Shown here piece after piece: positions 54,695-64,000 of a stretch of 64,000 nt of DNA. The notes under the pieces were generated by a model. The model saw nothing but the letters and a program-made list of their open reading frames with translations. It was not told the DNA's origin and did not search any database. Numbering within the stretch: the first letter of the stretch is position 1; each line of letters begins with the position of its first letter. The position numbers and the translations under genes were made by a program. Origin of the DNA: Bryobacterales bacterium. GTDB taxonomy: Bacteria > Acidobacteriota > Terriglobia > Bryobacterales > UBA6623. Location: contig OZ241376.1 of NCBI GenBank assembly GCA_965200705.1, forward strand, positions 4,169,844-4,233,843, read 5' to 3'.

Positions 54695-56901
54695 GCTGGA
54701 GCCTCCTGAAGCGCCGGGACGGTTACTGGTGCTGCTGGCAGTTCGATGATGAACCTCGTGCCAGTTGGTTGGTTGTCCTCCACTCGAATCGAGCCCCGGT
54801 GGTCGTGCACCACACTGCCGACGATCGACAGGCCAAGGCCAGAGCCTCGCATCTTGGTGGAGAAGTAGGGCCGAAAGAGCTGTTCCTTGTGCTCCGGTGA
54901 GATGCCGGGCCCCGAGTCCGCCACAATCAGCTCGACCGCCCCCACTGCCGGCCTTCGGCGCGTGATGACGACGATTTCCTTCACCCAGCTATCCGCCAGC
55001 ACCTCGGCGGCGTTGTCGATCAAGTTGACTACCGCACGCTTGACGGGTCCACGGTCAATCACCGCAGGCGCCCCACCAGCAGCGGGCTCGAATCGCAGCA
55101 CGACATCCTCGAGGCGTCCGTCGAAGACGCTGACGGCGTCTTGCACCACCTCGTTCAGGTCTGTGTCCTCGGGCGAGATCCTTGGAAATCGGGCGACCTC
55201 CGAAAAACTGTCCACCAGTGCCCGCAGAGACTGCACCTCGCGGTCGATCGTACGCGTCGACTGCGCGAGCCGGCTGGATAGATCCTTCTTCTCGGCCTCG
55301 GTGCGAGTCGTCGCATAGCGTTCGAGCAGGCGGTCAATGCGTCCGGCGGCCAGAGCGATGGGGGTCAGGGGGTTCTTGATCTCGTGCGCGACTTGGCGGG
55401 CGACCTCCTCCCAGGCTGCGGACTTCTGAGCGCGCTCTAGGTCGGTGGCGTCCTCCAGCACGACCACGAATCCATGGCGCCCGTTCCGCGAGTCTAGGGA
55501 CGATACCGTGACGCTCAGCTGCAGGGAGCGGCCGGACCGCTCGACTTCGAACGCCCGCCTGGCATCGCCCGTACGTCGCGCAGTGCTGAACATGTGCTCA
55601 AAGGCACCACGGTCCACGGGATCCACGAGTTCACCAACAGACCGCAGCGAACCCACGGGCATCGCGCCGGCCAGCCGCGTGGCGGCACCGTTGAACCGCA
55701 GAATCTCGCCGTCCTCGCTGACCGAGATAACCGCGGGCGTGATGCTCTCCAGAATCGCGTCGATCAGCCTTCGGCGGTCGTCAAGCTCACGATTCGCCTG
55801 CGCCAGCTCCCGGTTGCTGCGCTCAAGTTCTCCGGTCTTCGTCTCGAGTGACTGGCCCATTCGGTTGAACGACGCCACTAGGCTGCCCAGTTCATCGGCC
55901 GCAGGAGTGTCGACTCGATAGTCGAGGTGGCCGCCGGCCAGCTCGCCAGTGGCGGTGACAAGAGCCTCGATTGGACGCGTGATCTGCTTTGCGACGAACA
56001 GGGCCAGCCAGACGGCGAAGAACAGAATGAAGAGCGTCAAGAGGGCCAGAATGAAGACGTAGGCACGCCATGTGGCTGGGCGTTCGGCCTCGAGCTGTGA
56101 CCACGCGCTGACCTGATCCTGCATGTAGCTGCGCTCCACCCGCAGCGGCTCGGGCAAGACACGGCCAACGACCAGCAACCCTGGCACTCCAGAGTCCGTT
56201 GTGATCGGGACAGCAGCGTAGAGCCAGTCGTCGGCAATGCCGGACACGGGCGCTTCGGTCAGTTCGCGGATGGCGCCGCGGATGGCGGACGCGGGACCAC
56301 TTTGCGGATCTACGAGTTCCGTCAGGATTTCGCCTTGGGGACTTGCGAGCGCCAGATACGGGCTGCCGGTCTCTTGCCAAGCTGCCCGCAGTTCGTCGGA
56401 CGCCTCGCCCTGGCGCAGGGACCCCGAGGCCTGGCTGGTCTTGGCCACTCGTTCGGCCGACGCCTGCAGGCCAGCCAACAGTTCCTCGCTGGACGCTTCC
56501 ATGAAGCGCTCCGCGCTCTGCAGGACCGCTACCGTCGGCTGGGAAAACCACTTGTCGAAGTTTCTATTCAACAGTGTGATAGCAAAGAATACATGAATCG
56601 CTACTGGAACGATGCCAAGCGCCAGAACACCCAGCACCAGCTTCGTTTGAATGCGCGATCCTGGCTTTCCTTGACGGCGCTCCAGATCGAGCTTGAGCAG
56701 GTGTCGAAACAGAAGGAAGCCCAGCGCGACCGTGCCGAGAGCGGCGACGATGGACACCGCCCAAAGGACGTACGTCACCGCCACGGTTGAAGGACGGAAC
56801 TCGCCGAAGCTCAGCGACGTCAACCAGAAGCAGACCGCTAGTAGCGCCACCACGGAGGCGCCGTACGCCGTCGCCTTGAACGCTGTGCGGGTCGGAGGCA
56901 A
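54691..56901 (-). CDS. ntrY: NtrY-like sensor histidine kinase (TM, HAMP, PAS, HisKA, HATPase)
   Basis: TTG start. N-terminal TM segments, HAMP, PAS, H-box AWEEVARQVAHEIKNPLTPI, and ATPase DSGPGI...GSGLGLSIV. It overlaps the regulator gene by 4 nt. Confidence 0.75.
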   Translation of the reverse strand: MPPTRTAFKATAYGASVVALLAVCFWLTSLSFGEFRPSTVAVTYVLWAVSIVAALGTVALGFLLFRHLLKLDLERRQGKPGSRIQTKLVLGVLALGIVPVAIHVFFAITLLNRNFDKWFSQPTVAVLQSAERFMEASSEELLAGLQASAERVAKTSQASGSLRQGEASDELRAAWQETGSPYLALASPQGEILTELVDPQSGPASAIRGAIRELTEAPVSGIADDWLYAAVPITTDSGVPGLLVVGRVLPEPLRVERSYMQDQVSAWSQLEAERPATWRAYVFILALLTLFILFFAVWLALFVAKQITRPIEALVTATGELAGGHLDYRVDTPAADELGSLVASFNRMGQSLETKTGELERSNRELAQANRELDDRRRLIDAILESITPAVISVSEDGEILRFNGAATRLAGAMPVGSLRSVGELVDPVDRGAFEHMFSTARRTGDARRAFEVERSGRSLQLSVTVSSLDSRNGRHGFVVVLEDATDLERAQKSAAWEEVARQVAHEIKNPLTPIALAAGRIDRLLERYATTRTEAEKKDLSSRLAQSTRTIDREVQSLRALVDSFSEVARFPRISPEDTDLNEVVQDAVSVFDGRLEDVVLRFEPAAGGAPAVIDRGPVKRAVVNLIDNAAEVLADSWVKEIVVITRRRPAVGAVELIVADSGPGISPEHKEQLFRPYFSTKMRGSGLGLSIVGSVVHDHRGSIRVEDNQPTGTRFIIELPAAPVTVPALQEAPA

Positions 56902-56943
56902 GCCGCGGTTATTGTAGCCCTACAGGCATGCAGGGTGGACTTT

Positions 56944-56964
56944 GTGACACACTTTCTGTGTCAC
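56944..56964. promoter_or_regulatory. Inverted repeat GTGACACA-N5-TGTGTCAC between the CoA-transferase stop and the ntrY-like start. Terminator hairpin or operator.
   Basis: Read directly. 8-bp perfect arms with a 5-nt loop. It lies 29 nt downstream of the minus-strand stop (56993) and 43 nt upstream of the kinase start (56901). A TACAAT on the minus strand lies between it and the start. Confidence 0.35.
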
Positions 56965-56992
56965 TTTCGGTCCTCTTCGTGCGGGTTCACGG

Positions 56993-58231
56993 TTAGTCCG
57001 CCGAGTGGGATGGTGCGGTCTCCGCCGCACCGAGCCCAATCTCAGCAAGGATTTCGTCGGTGTGCTCGCCGGCCTTAGGCGGCAGGTCACGGGTTGCTGG
57101 CCGGTCTCCGTCGAACTGGATGGGCAGCTTCAGGTGATGGTAGCCGGGGACCCGCGGGTGTGGCATTGGCTCGAATATCCTGTTCGCGCGTACCTGCGGA
57201 TCCTTGACGACTTGGGAGATGTCCTGGATTGGTGAGCAGGGCACGTGGTGCCGCTTGAGCAGCTCGTAGAGGCCCTGTGTGGTGAGTGTCCGGGTTCGGT
57301 CGGACAAGATCCGGCGGAGTTCGCCGCTGTGGTGGACTCGCGCCGGATTGTCCGTGAAGCGAGGGTCCCGTGCGGTCTCCGGAATGTCGAGCGCCTCACA
57401 CAGCCGATGAAAGATTGGATCCGTACCGCCACAGATCATCAGCTCTCCGTCCGAAGTCGGGTAGGCCTCGTACGGTGCCACCATCTTGAGGCCAGTGCCC
57501 ATGCGCCACGGCATTTCACCGCTTGCTAGGTAGGTCATCATGTGGTACCCGATCCAGCCCAGGGAGGTGTCGAGGAGGGAGCACTCAATGTGGGATCCGA
57601 CGCCGTCTCTGTCCCGTTTCCGCAAGGCGGCCAGCACGCCTAGGGCGATCAAGTAGCCCGATCCGATATCCACCACCGAGCCGCCGACACGCGCCGGTGG
57701 ACCGTCACTCTCGCCGGTGATCGACATGATCCCGCTGTATGCCTGCAGGAGCGGGTCGTATCCGGGCGCGTTGGCATTGGGACCCTTCGATCCATAACCC
57801 GTCAGAGACGCGTAAATCATCCTTGGGTACTTGGACTGGACCTGCTCGTAGCCGAATCCTAGGCGCTCCGCCGCGCCCGTTCGCAGTGCGTGGACGAGGA
57901 CATCCGAGGTCTTCAACAGGCGATCGACGACATCCTTGCCCTCTTCGGACTTCAGGTCCACGACGATGCTGCGCTTGTTGCGGTTGAAGGCTAGGAAGAT
58001 CGGCGCGTCCCCGTCCCAGAACGGAGGTCCCCACTTACGTGCCGGATCGCCGCCTGGGGGTTCGACCTTGATGACGTCGGCTCCGAGATCGCCCAGAACC
58101 TGCGTGGCCTGCGGACCGGCGATGTTCTGCGACAGATCCAGGACTCGGATGCCTTCTAGCATGGTGCGAATACCAGAGTAGCGAGTAGGGTCCGCGGTCA
58201 TCCTCCGCGGCTCCCGGGCCGGAAGCGGCAT
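56993..58231 (-). CDS. Family III CoA-transferase (CaiB/BaiF)
   Basis: MLEGIRVLDLSQNIAGPQATQVLGDLGADVIKVEPPGGDP...SLTGYG. The true start may be an internal ATG. Confidence 0.8.
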   Translation of the reverse strand: MPLPAREPRRMTADPTRYSGIRTMLEGIRVLDLSQNIAGPQATQVLGDLGADVIKVEPPGGDPARKWGPPFWDGDAPIFLAFNRNKRSIVVDLKSEEGKDVVDRLLKTSDVLVHALRTGAAERLGFGYEQVQSKYPRMIYASLTGYGSKGPNANAPGYDPLLQAYSGIMSITGESDGPPARVGGSVVDIGSGYLIALGVLAALRKRDRDGVGSHIECSLLDTSLGWIGYHMMTYLASGEMPWRMGTGLKMVAPYEAYPTSDGELMICGGTDPIFHRLCEALDIPETARDPRFTDNPARVHHSGELRRILSDRTRTLTTQGLYELLKRHHVPCSPIQDISQVVKDPQVRANRIFEPMPHPRVPGYHHLKLPIQFDGDRPATRDLPPKAGEHTDEILAEIGLGAAETAPSHSAD

Positions 58232-58236
58232 CTACC

Positions 58237-59655
58237 CTACGCGAGGATTGGTTGGATGACGTGTCCGTGCACGTCAGTGAGTCGTCGGTCGATCCCGTTG
58301 TGGTACCAAGTGAGGCGCTTATGGTCGAGGCCAAGGAGGTGGAGCATCGTGGCGTGGAAGTCGTGGACGGTCGAAATGTTCTCGACCGAGGCGAATCCGA
58401 ACGCATCTGTTGCCCCGTAGCTCGTTCCACCCTTTATTCCGGCCCCGGCGAACCAGACGGTGAAGGCCTTCGGATTGTGGTCGCGTCCGACCGTGCCCTC
58501 CTGGTGCGTTGGCATGCGGCCGAACTCCGTGACCCAGGTCACTAGCGTGTCGTCCAGGAGGCCTCGGCTGCGCATGTCCCGCAAGAGGGCCGCTGTGGGC
58601 TGGTCGAAGATCGGACAGTGCCGCTCGTAGTCCGCCTTCAGAGTCTTGTGAGCGTCCCAATTCAGCAGCCCGTCCACTCCCGAAGCGCGTGAAGCGCAGT
58701 AGAGGCTGACGAACCGCACTCCACGCTCCAGAAGGCGTCGCGCCAGCAGGCAGTTGCGCGCATAGGCCGCCTTGAGGGAGTTGTTGTCGTCTGCTCCATA
58801 GAGCGCCCGCGTCGCGGCGCTCTCCCGGGAGAGATCCATCACCTCCGGCGCGGAGAGCTGCATCCGCGCCGCGAGGCTGTAGGAAGCGATGCGCGCCTCA
58901 AGCTCCGCGTCACCGGCGTGCCGGGCGGCGTGACCATGGTTTAGGAACTCCAGGAACTCTCGTGTGGCGCGGTCGGTTGACTCGCTTACAGCGGCGGGCC
59001 GCTGGAGGTTTCGAATCGGTTCCTGGGCGTTGAACACGATGGCTTGGTGCTCCGCGGGAAGGAACCCGGCCCCCCAGTTGGACGGTCCAGCGGGCGGGAT
59101 GCCTCGGATGTCCGGTATAGCCACATACGTGGGCAGATCCTCGTTGTCGGACCCAAGGGCATAGCTCACCCACGAGCCGGCTGCCGGAAATCCCTCAAGG
59201 ATGAACCCCGTGTTCGCATAGACGCAGGCGGGGCCGTGCGTGTTGGTCTTCGACACCATCGAGTGAACGAATGCGATCTCGTCCACATGCGATCCGACTT
59301 CCGGCAGAAGCTCGGTGATGTGCTTGCCGCTCTGGCCTCGCGGTCTGAAGGCCCATGGCGAGCCCATCAGTGCTCCGTTCTTCCCCTGAAACGTGACCGC
59401 GTCCATGGAGCTCGGTGCCGGCTCGCCGGAACGGTTCGCCAGTTCGGGCTTGTAATCCCAGAGGTCTATGTGTGAGGCAGCCCCCGGACAGAAGATCTGA
59501 AGGACGCGCTTCGCCTTCGGGGTGTGGTGCGGTTGTCGCTCGGAGGCCCGGGCCTGCGGCAGCATCGTCGCGAGAGCCACACCTCCAAGACCAGTTGTGA
59601 AGTTTCCAAGCAGATCCCGACGGGTGGAGGGCAGGCTCACCCCTCCCCAAGCCAT
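58237..59655 (-). CDS. DUF1501 domain protein (Tat signal), partner of the upstream PSCyt/DUF1553 gene
   Basis: ORF 58237..59763. ATG 59655 lies 16 nt after the upstream stop. STRRDLLGNF Tat motif, then VLQIFCPGAASHIDLWDYKPEL and TEFGRMP...VGRDHN. Confidence 0.85.
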   Translation of the reverse strand: MAWGGVSLPSTRRDLLGNFTTGLGGVALATMLPQARASERQPHHTPKAKRVLQIFCPGAASHIDLWDYKPELANRSGEPAPSSMDAVTFQGKNGALMGSPWAFRPRGQSGKHITELLPEVGSHVDEIAFVHSMVSKTNTHGPACVYANTGFILEGFPAAGSWVSYALGSDNEDLPTYVAIPDIRGIPPAGPSNWGAGFLPAEHQAIVFNAQEPIRNLQRPAAVSESTDRATREFLEFLNHGHAARHAGDAELEARIASYSLAARMQLSAPEVMDLSRESAATRALYGADDNNSLKAAYARNCLLARRLLERGVRFVSLYCASRASGVDGLLNWDAHKTLKADYERHCPIFDQPTAALLRDMRSRGLLDDTLVTWVTEFGRMPTHQEGTVGRDHNPKAFTVWFAGAGIKGGTSYGATDAFGFASVENISTVHDFHATMLHLLGLDHKRLTWYHNGIDRRLTDVHGHVIQPILA

Positions 59656-59671
59656 CCTTTGTGGCCGGAGG

Positions 59672-62566
59672 TCAGAAGACATACAGGAACTCGTTGGCGT
59701 TGAAGAGTGCCCGGGCGAGCGACTCCAGTCCGTGCTGCTTGATGAGATCGGCGCTCCGCTCAACCTCTTGCGGAAGTGGTTCGCGGCCGAACGCTAGCCT
59801 CCATGCGACGGTCACCCTGTGCTCGGAGCCATCGTCCGCCAGCGTTGCGACGCGTCGGGAGAAAGCGCGGGCCTCGTTCAGGGTGAACTCGTTGTTTAGC
59901 AGGCTCAATGCTTGTAGCGGGGACGTAGTGGCGATGCGGGTGGGAGCAGGCAGTGATGTGTCGGGGCAGTCGAACTCGCCCAGAAGCTCTGGCTTCACCG
60001 ACCGTGCGTGCTGGTGGTAGACGGCGCGTCGCATCGTCTCACGGCCAAACTCCTTCAGCGGATAGTACGTGGCCACGTTGTCCACGGTGTAGAGATAGAG
60101 CTGAAAGCCGGGCCCTCCCATGGTCCGGTCCAAGTTGCCGCTTGCGAACAGGATCGAGTCGCGCAGCTCCTCGGCAGTCAGTCGGCGCGGAGGGAACCGC
60201 CAGAGATAGGCGCCGTCCCGGTCGACCGAAGCCGCATCCGCCCGGTATGCGCTCGACTGCCGATAGGCCGATGAGAGCAAGATGTCCCGGTGCAGGGGCT
60301 TGAGACGCCATCCGTGCCTGTGCACGAGACGGTGAGCCAGCCACTCCAGCAGGTGGGGGTGCGTCGGTTCGCCACCGTTGATACCGAGATCGCTCGGATT
60401 GCGCGCCAGAGGACTGCCGAAGTGATGCATCCAGACGCGATTCACGATCACCCGTGCAGCGAGCGCATTGCGGTCGGAGGCGAGCCATCGCGCCAATGCT
60501 AGGCGACGCTCGCCCTCCGGCGCATCGCTTTCGAGCGCAAACGCCCCAAGCAGGCCATCGAGCGTGCTGAGGCTTGCGGTCGAAACCACTTCGCCGCGGT
60601 TCATGGGATCGCCACGCACCATGACGAACGACGGCTCGTCCGGCTCCTCGAACTGCCCTAGGAACGCCTGGCGAGGGCGAGGTGCCCTTCGCAGATTGGC
60701 CTCCGCCCGCTTGAGGCGTGTCTGAGTCTCGGACCACTCCTTCCGCTCGGAGGGTTCAAGCACAGTGTCGAGTACCAGTTGGTCCTGCTCTGCTTCGGTG
60801 TAGGGAAGCCTGCCCTCGGACGATGCCACTTCCTGCCAGAGCTCGCCGTCCGTCGACACCTCAACTCTGTACTGTTCCGGCATGGGTGGACCGAAGCGGC
60901 CTCCGAATCCGCCAAGTCGGTCGGTCGACCAAGTGACGCGTGCGATCGTTTCGGGGCGGGGAAGGGCGACCTGGACCCAGACAGGGAGCTTGCCCTCAGA
61001 GATCCAGCGACGGTTGAACTTGCCATCGACAAGGTTGTCCGGTGCGTAGGTCCGCGACCGTGCCGCGTCCACTCGCGTGCCGCTGGCGGTGGCTCGAGCG
61101 CCTAGGGCGACATTGCGGGCATTCGGATCTGCGGTCCAGACCGAGAGTTCGGCGAGATCGACGCGAGTCCGTCCTGCCGTGGCGCGTTCAACTGTCAGCC
61201 GCACGTACTTCGCCTGCACGGTTTCGAAAGACTCCTCCGTGCCAGTTGGATCGACCGGGGGCCGGTGCGCTTCGAGAATCTCCGCCCTTCGCCGCTCCAC
61301 TCGCTGGGCGGCCCCTGATTTGAGAGCGTCCAGCTGCTTCGTCTGGGCAGCGATCTCCTTCTCGAGGGGTTCGCGGATCGCACGCGACTCCGCGATGCGC
61401 TGCGTCGAGTCCCAGTGCCGCTCGCCGTGCCAGACTCCGGCGAAGGCCGCCTGCATCCGGTAGTAGTCAACAGTGCGGATCGGATCGAACTTGTGGTCGT
61501 GGCAGCGCGCACAGTGCACCGTCAGACCAAGGAACGCCGAGGAGGTTGCCATGATCATGTCGTCGAGGTGGTTGGCCCTCTTCTGGGCCTCGCCCTCTAG
61601 ATTCCGGATCTTCACCGTGTCGTGGGGCCCGGCCACGAGGAATCCGGTCGCCGCCTCAACCTGCGGATTTCCTGGCGCGACCTGATCGCCAGCCAGCTGT
61701 TCGAGCATCATCCGGTTGAACGGCATGTCGGCGTTGAATGCGTCGATGACCCAATCCCGATAGGGCCAAGCGCTGTTCCGTAGGTGGTTCTGTTCGTAGC
61801 CGTTGCTCTCCCCGAAGCGTGCCACGTCCAGCCAATGGCGCCCCCATCGCTCGCCGTGAGCTGGCGACGCCAGCATTTGGTCTACGAGGGCCTCGTACGC
61901 GTTGGGCCTTGAATCTTGTGTGAACGCATCGATGGCCGCCGTCGAGGGCGGCAGGCCGCGGAGGTCATAGCTGAGCCTCCGAATGAGCGTCCTCTTGTCC
62001 GCGTCGGCCGATGGGAACAGGCCCTTGCCTTGTAACGCCGCGAGCACGAAGCGGTCGATGGGGTTGCGCACCCAGGTCCTGTCAACGTCCGGGACGGGGG
62101 GTTGTCGCAGGGGGCGCAGAGACCACCAAGTCTGCTCCGCTTCTGTCTGCCCAGTGGGAGCGTCATCGTTTGCTCCTTCGACGATCCATGAGCGAAGGGT
62201 GTGAAGTTCTGTCGGCGAGAGCTTCGCGTTTGTGGGCGGCATGGCGGGGTCGGAGCCGCTGGTCATGGTGATCAGGAGACTGCTGCCTGGATCGCCAGGT
62301 ACGACTGCGGGGCCCGATTGGCCGCCCTGCAGCAAGCTGCTCACACCGCTGACGCGGAGGCCGCGCTGCGCAGATTGGCCTTGGTGGCAAGCTGTACAGT
62401 GCTTGGCTAGGATCGGGCGGACATCGCGCTGGAAGCTCGTGGCATCGCTCTGCGACAGTCCGGATGGCACGGCCAGCAAAGTGGCGAGAGCTGCACCGCA
62501 CCATCGATGGCGGTCGATGGCTCGACGGAAACTCCCTCGGATTTCTATGACCATTCCCAAGAGCAT
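59672..62566 (-). CDS. PSCyt1 (planctomycete cytochrome c) / DUF1549 / discoidin-like / DUF1553 multidomain protein
   Basis: ORF 59672..62815, with ATG 62566 or 62554 plausible given the signal-like segment. ILAKHCTACHQG haem-like motif, DUF1549 (NPIDRFVLAAL...RRLSYDLRGLPP), an inserted F5/8-type-C-like segment (NVALGARATASG...LVDGKFNRRWIS...YRVEVSTDGELWQEVAS), and the DUF1553 tail ending FLYVF. Confidence 0.85.
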   Translation of the reverse strand: MLLGMVIEIRGSFRRAIDRHRWCGAALATLLAVPSGLSQSDATSFQRDVRPILAKHCTACHQGQSAQRGLRVSGVSSLLQGGQSGPAVVPGDPGSSLLITMTSGSDPAMPPTNAKLSPTELHTLRSWIVEGANDDAPTGQTEAEQTWWSLRPLRQPPVPDVDRTWVRNPIDRFVLAALQGKGLFPSADADKRTLIRRLSYDLRGLPPSTAAIDAFTQDSRPNAYEALVDQMLASPAHGERWGRHWLDVARFGESNGYEQNHLRNSAWPYRDWVIDAFNADMPFNRMMLEQLAGDQVAPGNPQVEAATGFLVAGPHDTVKIRNLEGEAQKRANHLDDMIMATSSAFLGLTVHCARCHDHKFDPIRTVDYYRMQAAFAGVWHGERHWDSTQRIAESRAIREPLEKEIAAQTKQLDALKSGAAQRVERRRAEILEAHRPPVDPTGTEESFETVQAKYVRLTVERATAGRTRVDLAELSVWTADPNARNVALGARATASGTRVDAARSRTYAPDNLVDGKFNRRWISEGKLPVWVQVALPRPETIARVTWSTDRLGGFGGRFGPPMPEQYRVEVSTDGELWQEVASSEGRLPYTEAEQDQLVLDTVLEPSERKEWSETQTRLKRAEANLRRAPRPRQAFLGQFEEPDEPSFVMVRGDPMNRGEVVSTASLSTLDGLLGAFALESDAPEGERRLALARWLASDRNALAARVIVNRVWMHHFGSPLARNPSDLGINGGEPTHPHLLEWLAHRLVHRHGWRLKPLHRDILLSSAYRQSSAYRADAASVDRDGAYLWRFPPRRLTAEELRDSILFASGNLDRTMGGPGFQLYLYTVDNVATYYPLKEFGRETMRRAVYHQHARSVKPELLGEFDCPDTSLPAPTRIATTSPLQALSLLNNEFTLNEARAFSRRVATLADDGSEHRVTVAWRLAFGREPLPQEVERSADLIKQHGLESLARALFNANEFLYVF

Positions 62567-62638
62567 TGTGGTCGGCTTCGCGACCTTCCGATCATTGTCT
62601 CGACATGTGCGGCGGAGGCAACCACTTTCGTCGCAGAA

Positions 62639-62658
62639 TTGTGACGACTCTGTCACAA
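62639..62658. promoter_or_regulatory. Palindrome TTGTGAC-N6-GTCACAA in the divergent region upstream of uvrB
   Basis: Read directly. 7-bp perfect arms. It lies about 100 nt upstream of the uvrB ATG (62760) and about 75 nt upstream of the minus-strand gene start (62566). Confidence 0.3.
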
Positions 62659-62759
62659 CATCGGTGCTCGGCGGACCGCGAAGCGATCGGTTCACAGGTG
62701 CTAGGACTCTCCTGCCGACCAGTCGCGTCACTTCGAACGACCCACAATAGGACTTCGCA

Positions 62760-64000
62760 ATGGAGTTCCGCCTAGCCTCCGAGTACAGCCCACGCGGCGA
62801 CCAGCAGACAGCCATTGATCAGCTCTGCCACGGAGTGCTGAACGGGGACGCGCACCAGGTCCTTCTGGGTGTAACGGGATCGGGCAAGACCTACACCGTC
62901 GCGAAGGTCATAGAACGGCTGCAGCGTCCGACCCTCGTACTCGCACACAACAAGACGCTGGCGGCACAGCTCTACCACGAGTTCTGCACGTTTTTCCCCG
63001 ACAACGCGGTTGGGTACTTCGTCAGCTACTACGACTACTACCAGCCCGAGGCATATATGCCCGCGAGCGACACGTACATCGAAAAGGAAGCGACGATCAA
63101 CGACAACATCGCAAAGCTCCGTCTGTCCGCGACGATCGCACTGCTCGAACGTCGGGACTGCGTGATCGTCTCCAGCGTGAGCTGTATCTACGGCCTTGGC
63201 TCTCCCGATGCCTACTACAACATGCTGCTAATGCTCGAAAGAGGGCAGTTGATTCCCCGAGCTGAAATCGCAAGGCAGCTCGTTCGCATCCAGTACAACC
63301 GCACTGAGAGCCTCGATCCGGGTACGTTTCGCGTGCGCGGGGACATCGTGGAGGTCTTCCCGCCCTACGACGACCATCCGATCCGCATCGAGATGTGGGG
63401 AGACGAGATCGAGTCGCTGGCGCAGATTGACCGCTTGATGGGAACGGTGCGCCACACCTACGAGCGCGTTCCGATCTATCCCACCAGCCACTACGTGATG
63501 CCCGAGCAGGCGGTTCACAGCGCCATCGAGACCATCACGGAGGAACTCGACGAGTGGACGGGACATCTGCGCGCTCACGGCAAGCTGCTGGAGGCGCAGC
63601 GGGTCAGTCAGCGGACACAGTTCGATATGGAGATGATGCGCGAGATCGGCTACTGCCACGGCATCGAGAACTACTCGCGACACTTCACGAAACGCCTCCC
63701 TGGCGAACCGCCTCCGACGCTGCTTGACTACTTGCCGCGGGACACAGTGCTCTTCATTGACGAGAGCCACCAGACCGTGCCGCAGATTCGCGCTATGCAT
63801 GCCGGCGACCGCTCGCGCAAGGAGAGCCTGATCGAGTTTGGCTTTCGGCTCCCAAGTGCTCTCGACAACCGACCGCTAACGTTTCAGGAGTTCGAGGATC
63901 GGACGATGCAGGCCGTCTACGTGTCCGCAACACCGGGACCGTACGAACTGACGAAGTCTGCCGGTGTGGTCGCCGAGCAGGTCATTCGGCCGACGGGCCT
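62760..64000 (+). CDS. uvrB: Excinuclease ABC subunit B, C-terminus outside the window
   Basis: Not in the ORF track because it runs off the edge. My translation gives [99 protein letters not shown]. The listed minus ORF 63228..63800 is its antisense shadow. Confidence 0.9.
   Translation, partial: MEFRLASEYSPRGDQQTAIDQLCHGVLNGDAHQVLLGVTGSGKTYTVAKVIERLQRPTLVLAHNKTLAAQLYHEFCTFFPDNAVGYFVSYYDYYQPEAYMPASDTYIEKEATINDNIAKLRLSATIALLERRDCVIVSSVSCIYGLGSPDAYYNMLLMLERGQLIPRAEIARQLVRIQYNRTESLDPGTFRVRGDIVEVFPPYDDHPIRIEMWGDEIESLAQIDRLMGTVRHTYERVPIYPTSHYVMPEQAVHSAIETITEELDEWTGHLRAHGKLLEAQRVSQRTQFDMEMMREIGYCHGIENYSRHFTKRLPGEPPPTLLDYLPRDTVLFIDESHQTVPQIRAMHAGDRSRKESLIEFGFRLPSALDNRPLTFQEFEDRTMQAVYVSATPGPYELTKSAGVVAEQVIRPTG

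Noticed and set aside
1-64000. Searches for a CRISPR array, mobile element, prophage, toxin-antitoxin pair or known defence system
   Set aside because: I found no direct-repeat/spacer periodicity, no transposase, integrase, recombinase or reverse-transcriptase-like ORF, no terminal inverted repeats, and no nuclease, ATPase or methylase gene sets. The window appears to be core or accessory metabolic chromosome.

Overview
GC-rich bacterial chromosomal window with about 50 protein genes. I found no rRNA, tRNA, CRISPR array, transposase, integrase or phage gene. The gene content suggests an Acidobacteriota-like or PVC-like soil bacterium, but this is inference only. That content includes a CarboxypepD_reg-type TonB receptor, PSCyt/DUF1549/DUF1553 plus DUF1501 pairs, an ASPIC/UnbV FG-GAP protein, three sulfatases and PQQ propellers. 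From left to right the window holds: a sulfated-glycan/sugar-acid uptake neighbourhood (1-12.6 kb); Nramp and modABC; two PQQ-dehydrogenase/cytochrome c modules (22-24 kb fused, 49.3-51.8 kb split); a tight minus-strand operon TVP38 / MerA-like flavoprotein / GT2 / feoAB (27.3-32.8 kb); housekeeping genes (prmC, pgeF, hpt, lpxD, ubiX, uvrB); an LPS/pilin-processing cluster (41.6-45.2 kb); and an NtrY/NtrX-like two-component pair. I did not recognise a defence island or mobile element, and I cannot point to one clearly novel system. The items most worth a second look are: (1) four reading-frame breaks that all behave as 1-nt deletions at G/C runs, which points to an assembly artefact or real decay; (2) a C12 homopolymer in a divergent promoter; (3) the two PQQ enzymes with a lanthanide-type D-x-D signature; (4) the unusual feoAB operon context; (5) conserved but uncharacterised modules (PSCyt+DUF1501, a Cys-rich P-loop protein); and (6) three 0.7-1 kb stretches with no credible gene. 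All functional calls rest on motif recognition by eye from the ORF track, with no searches run. Coordinates of small sites may be off by 1-2 nt.
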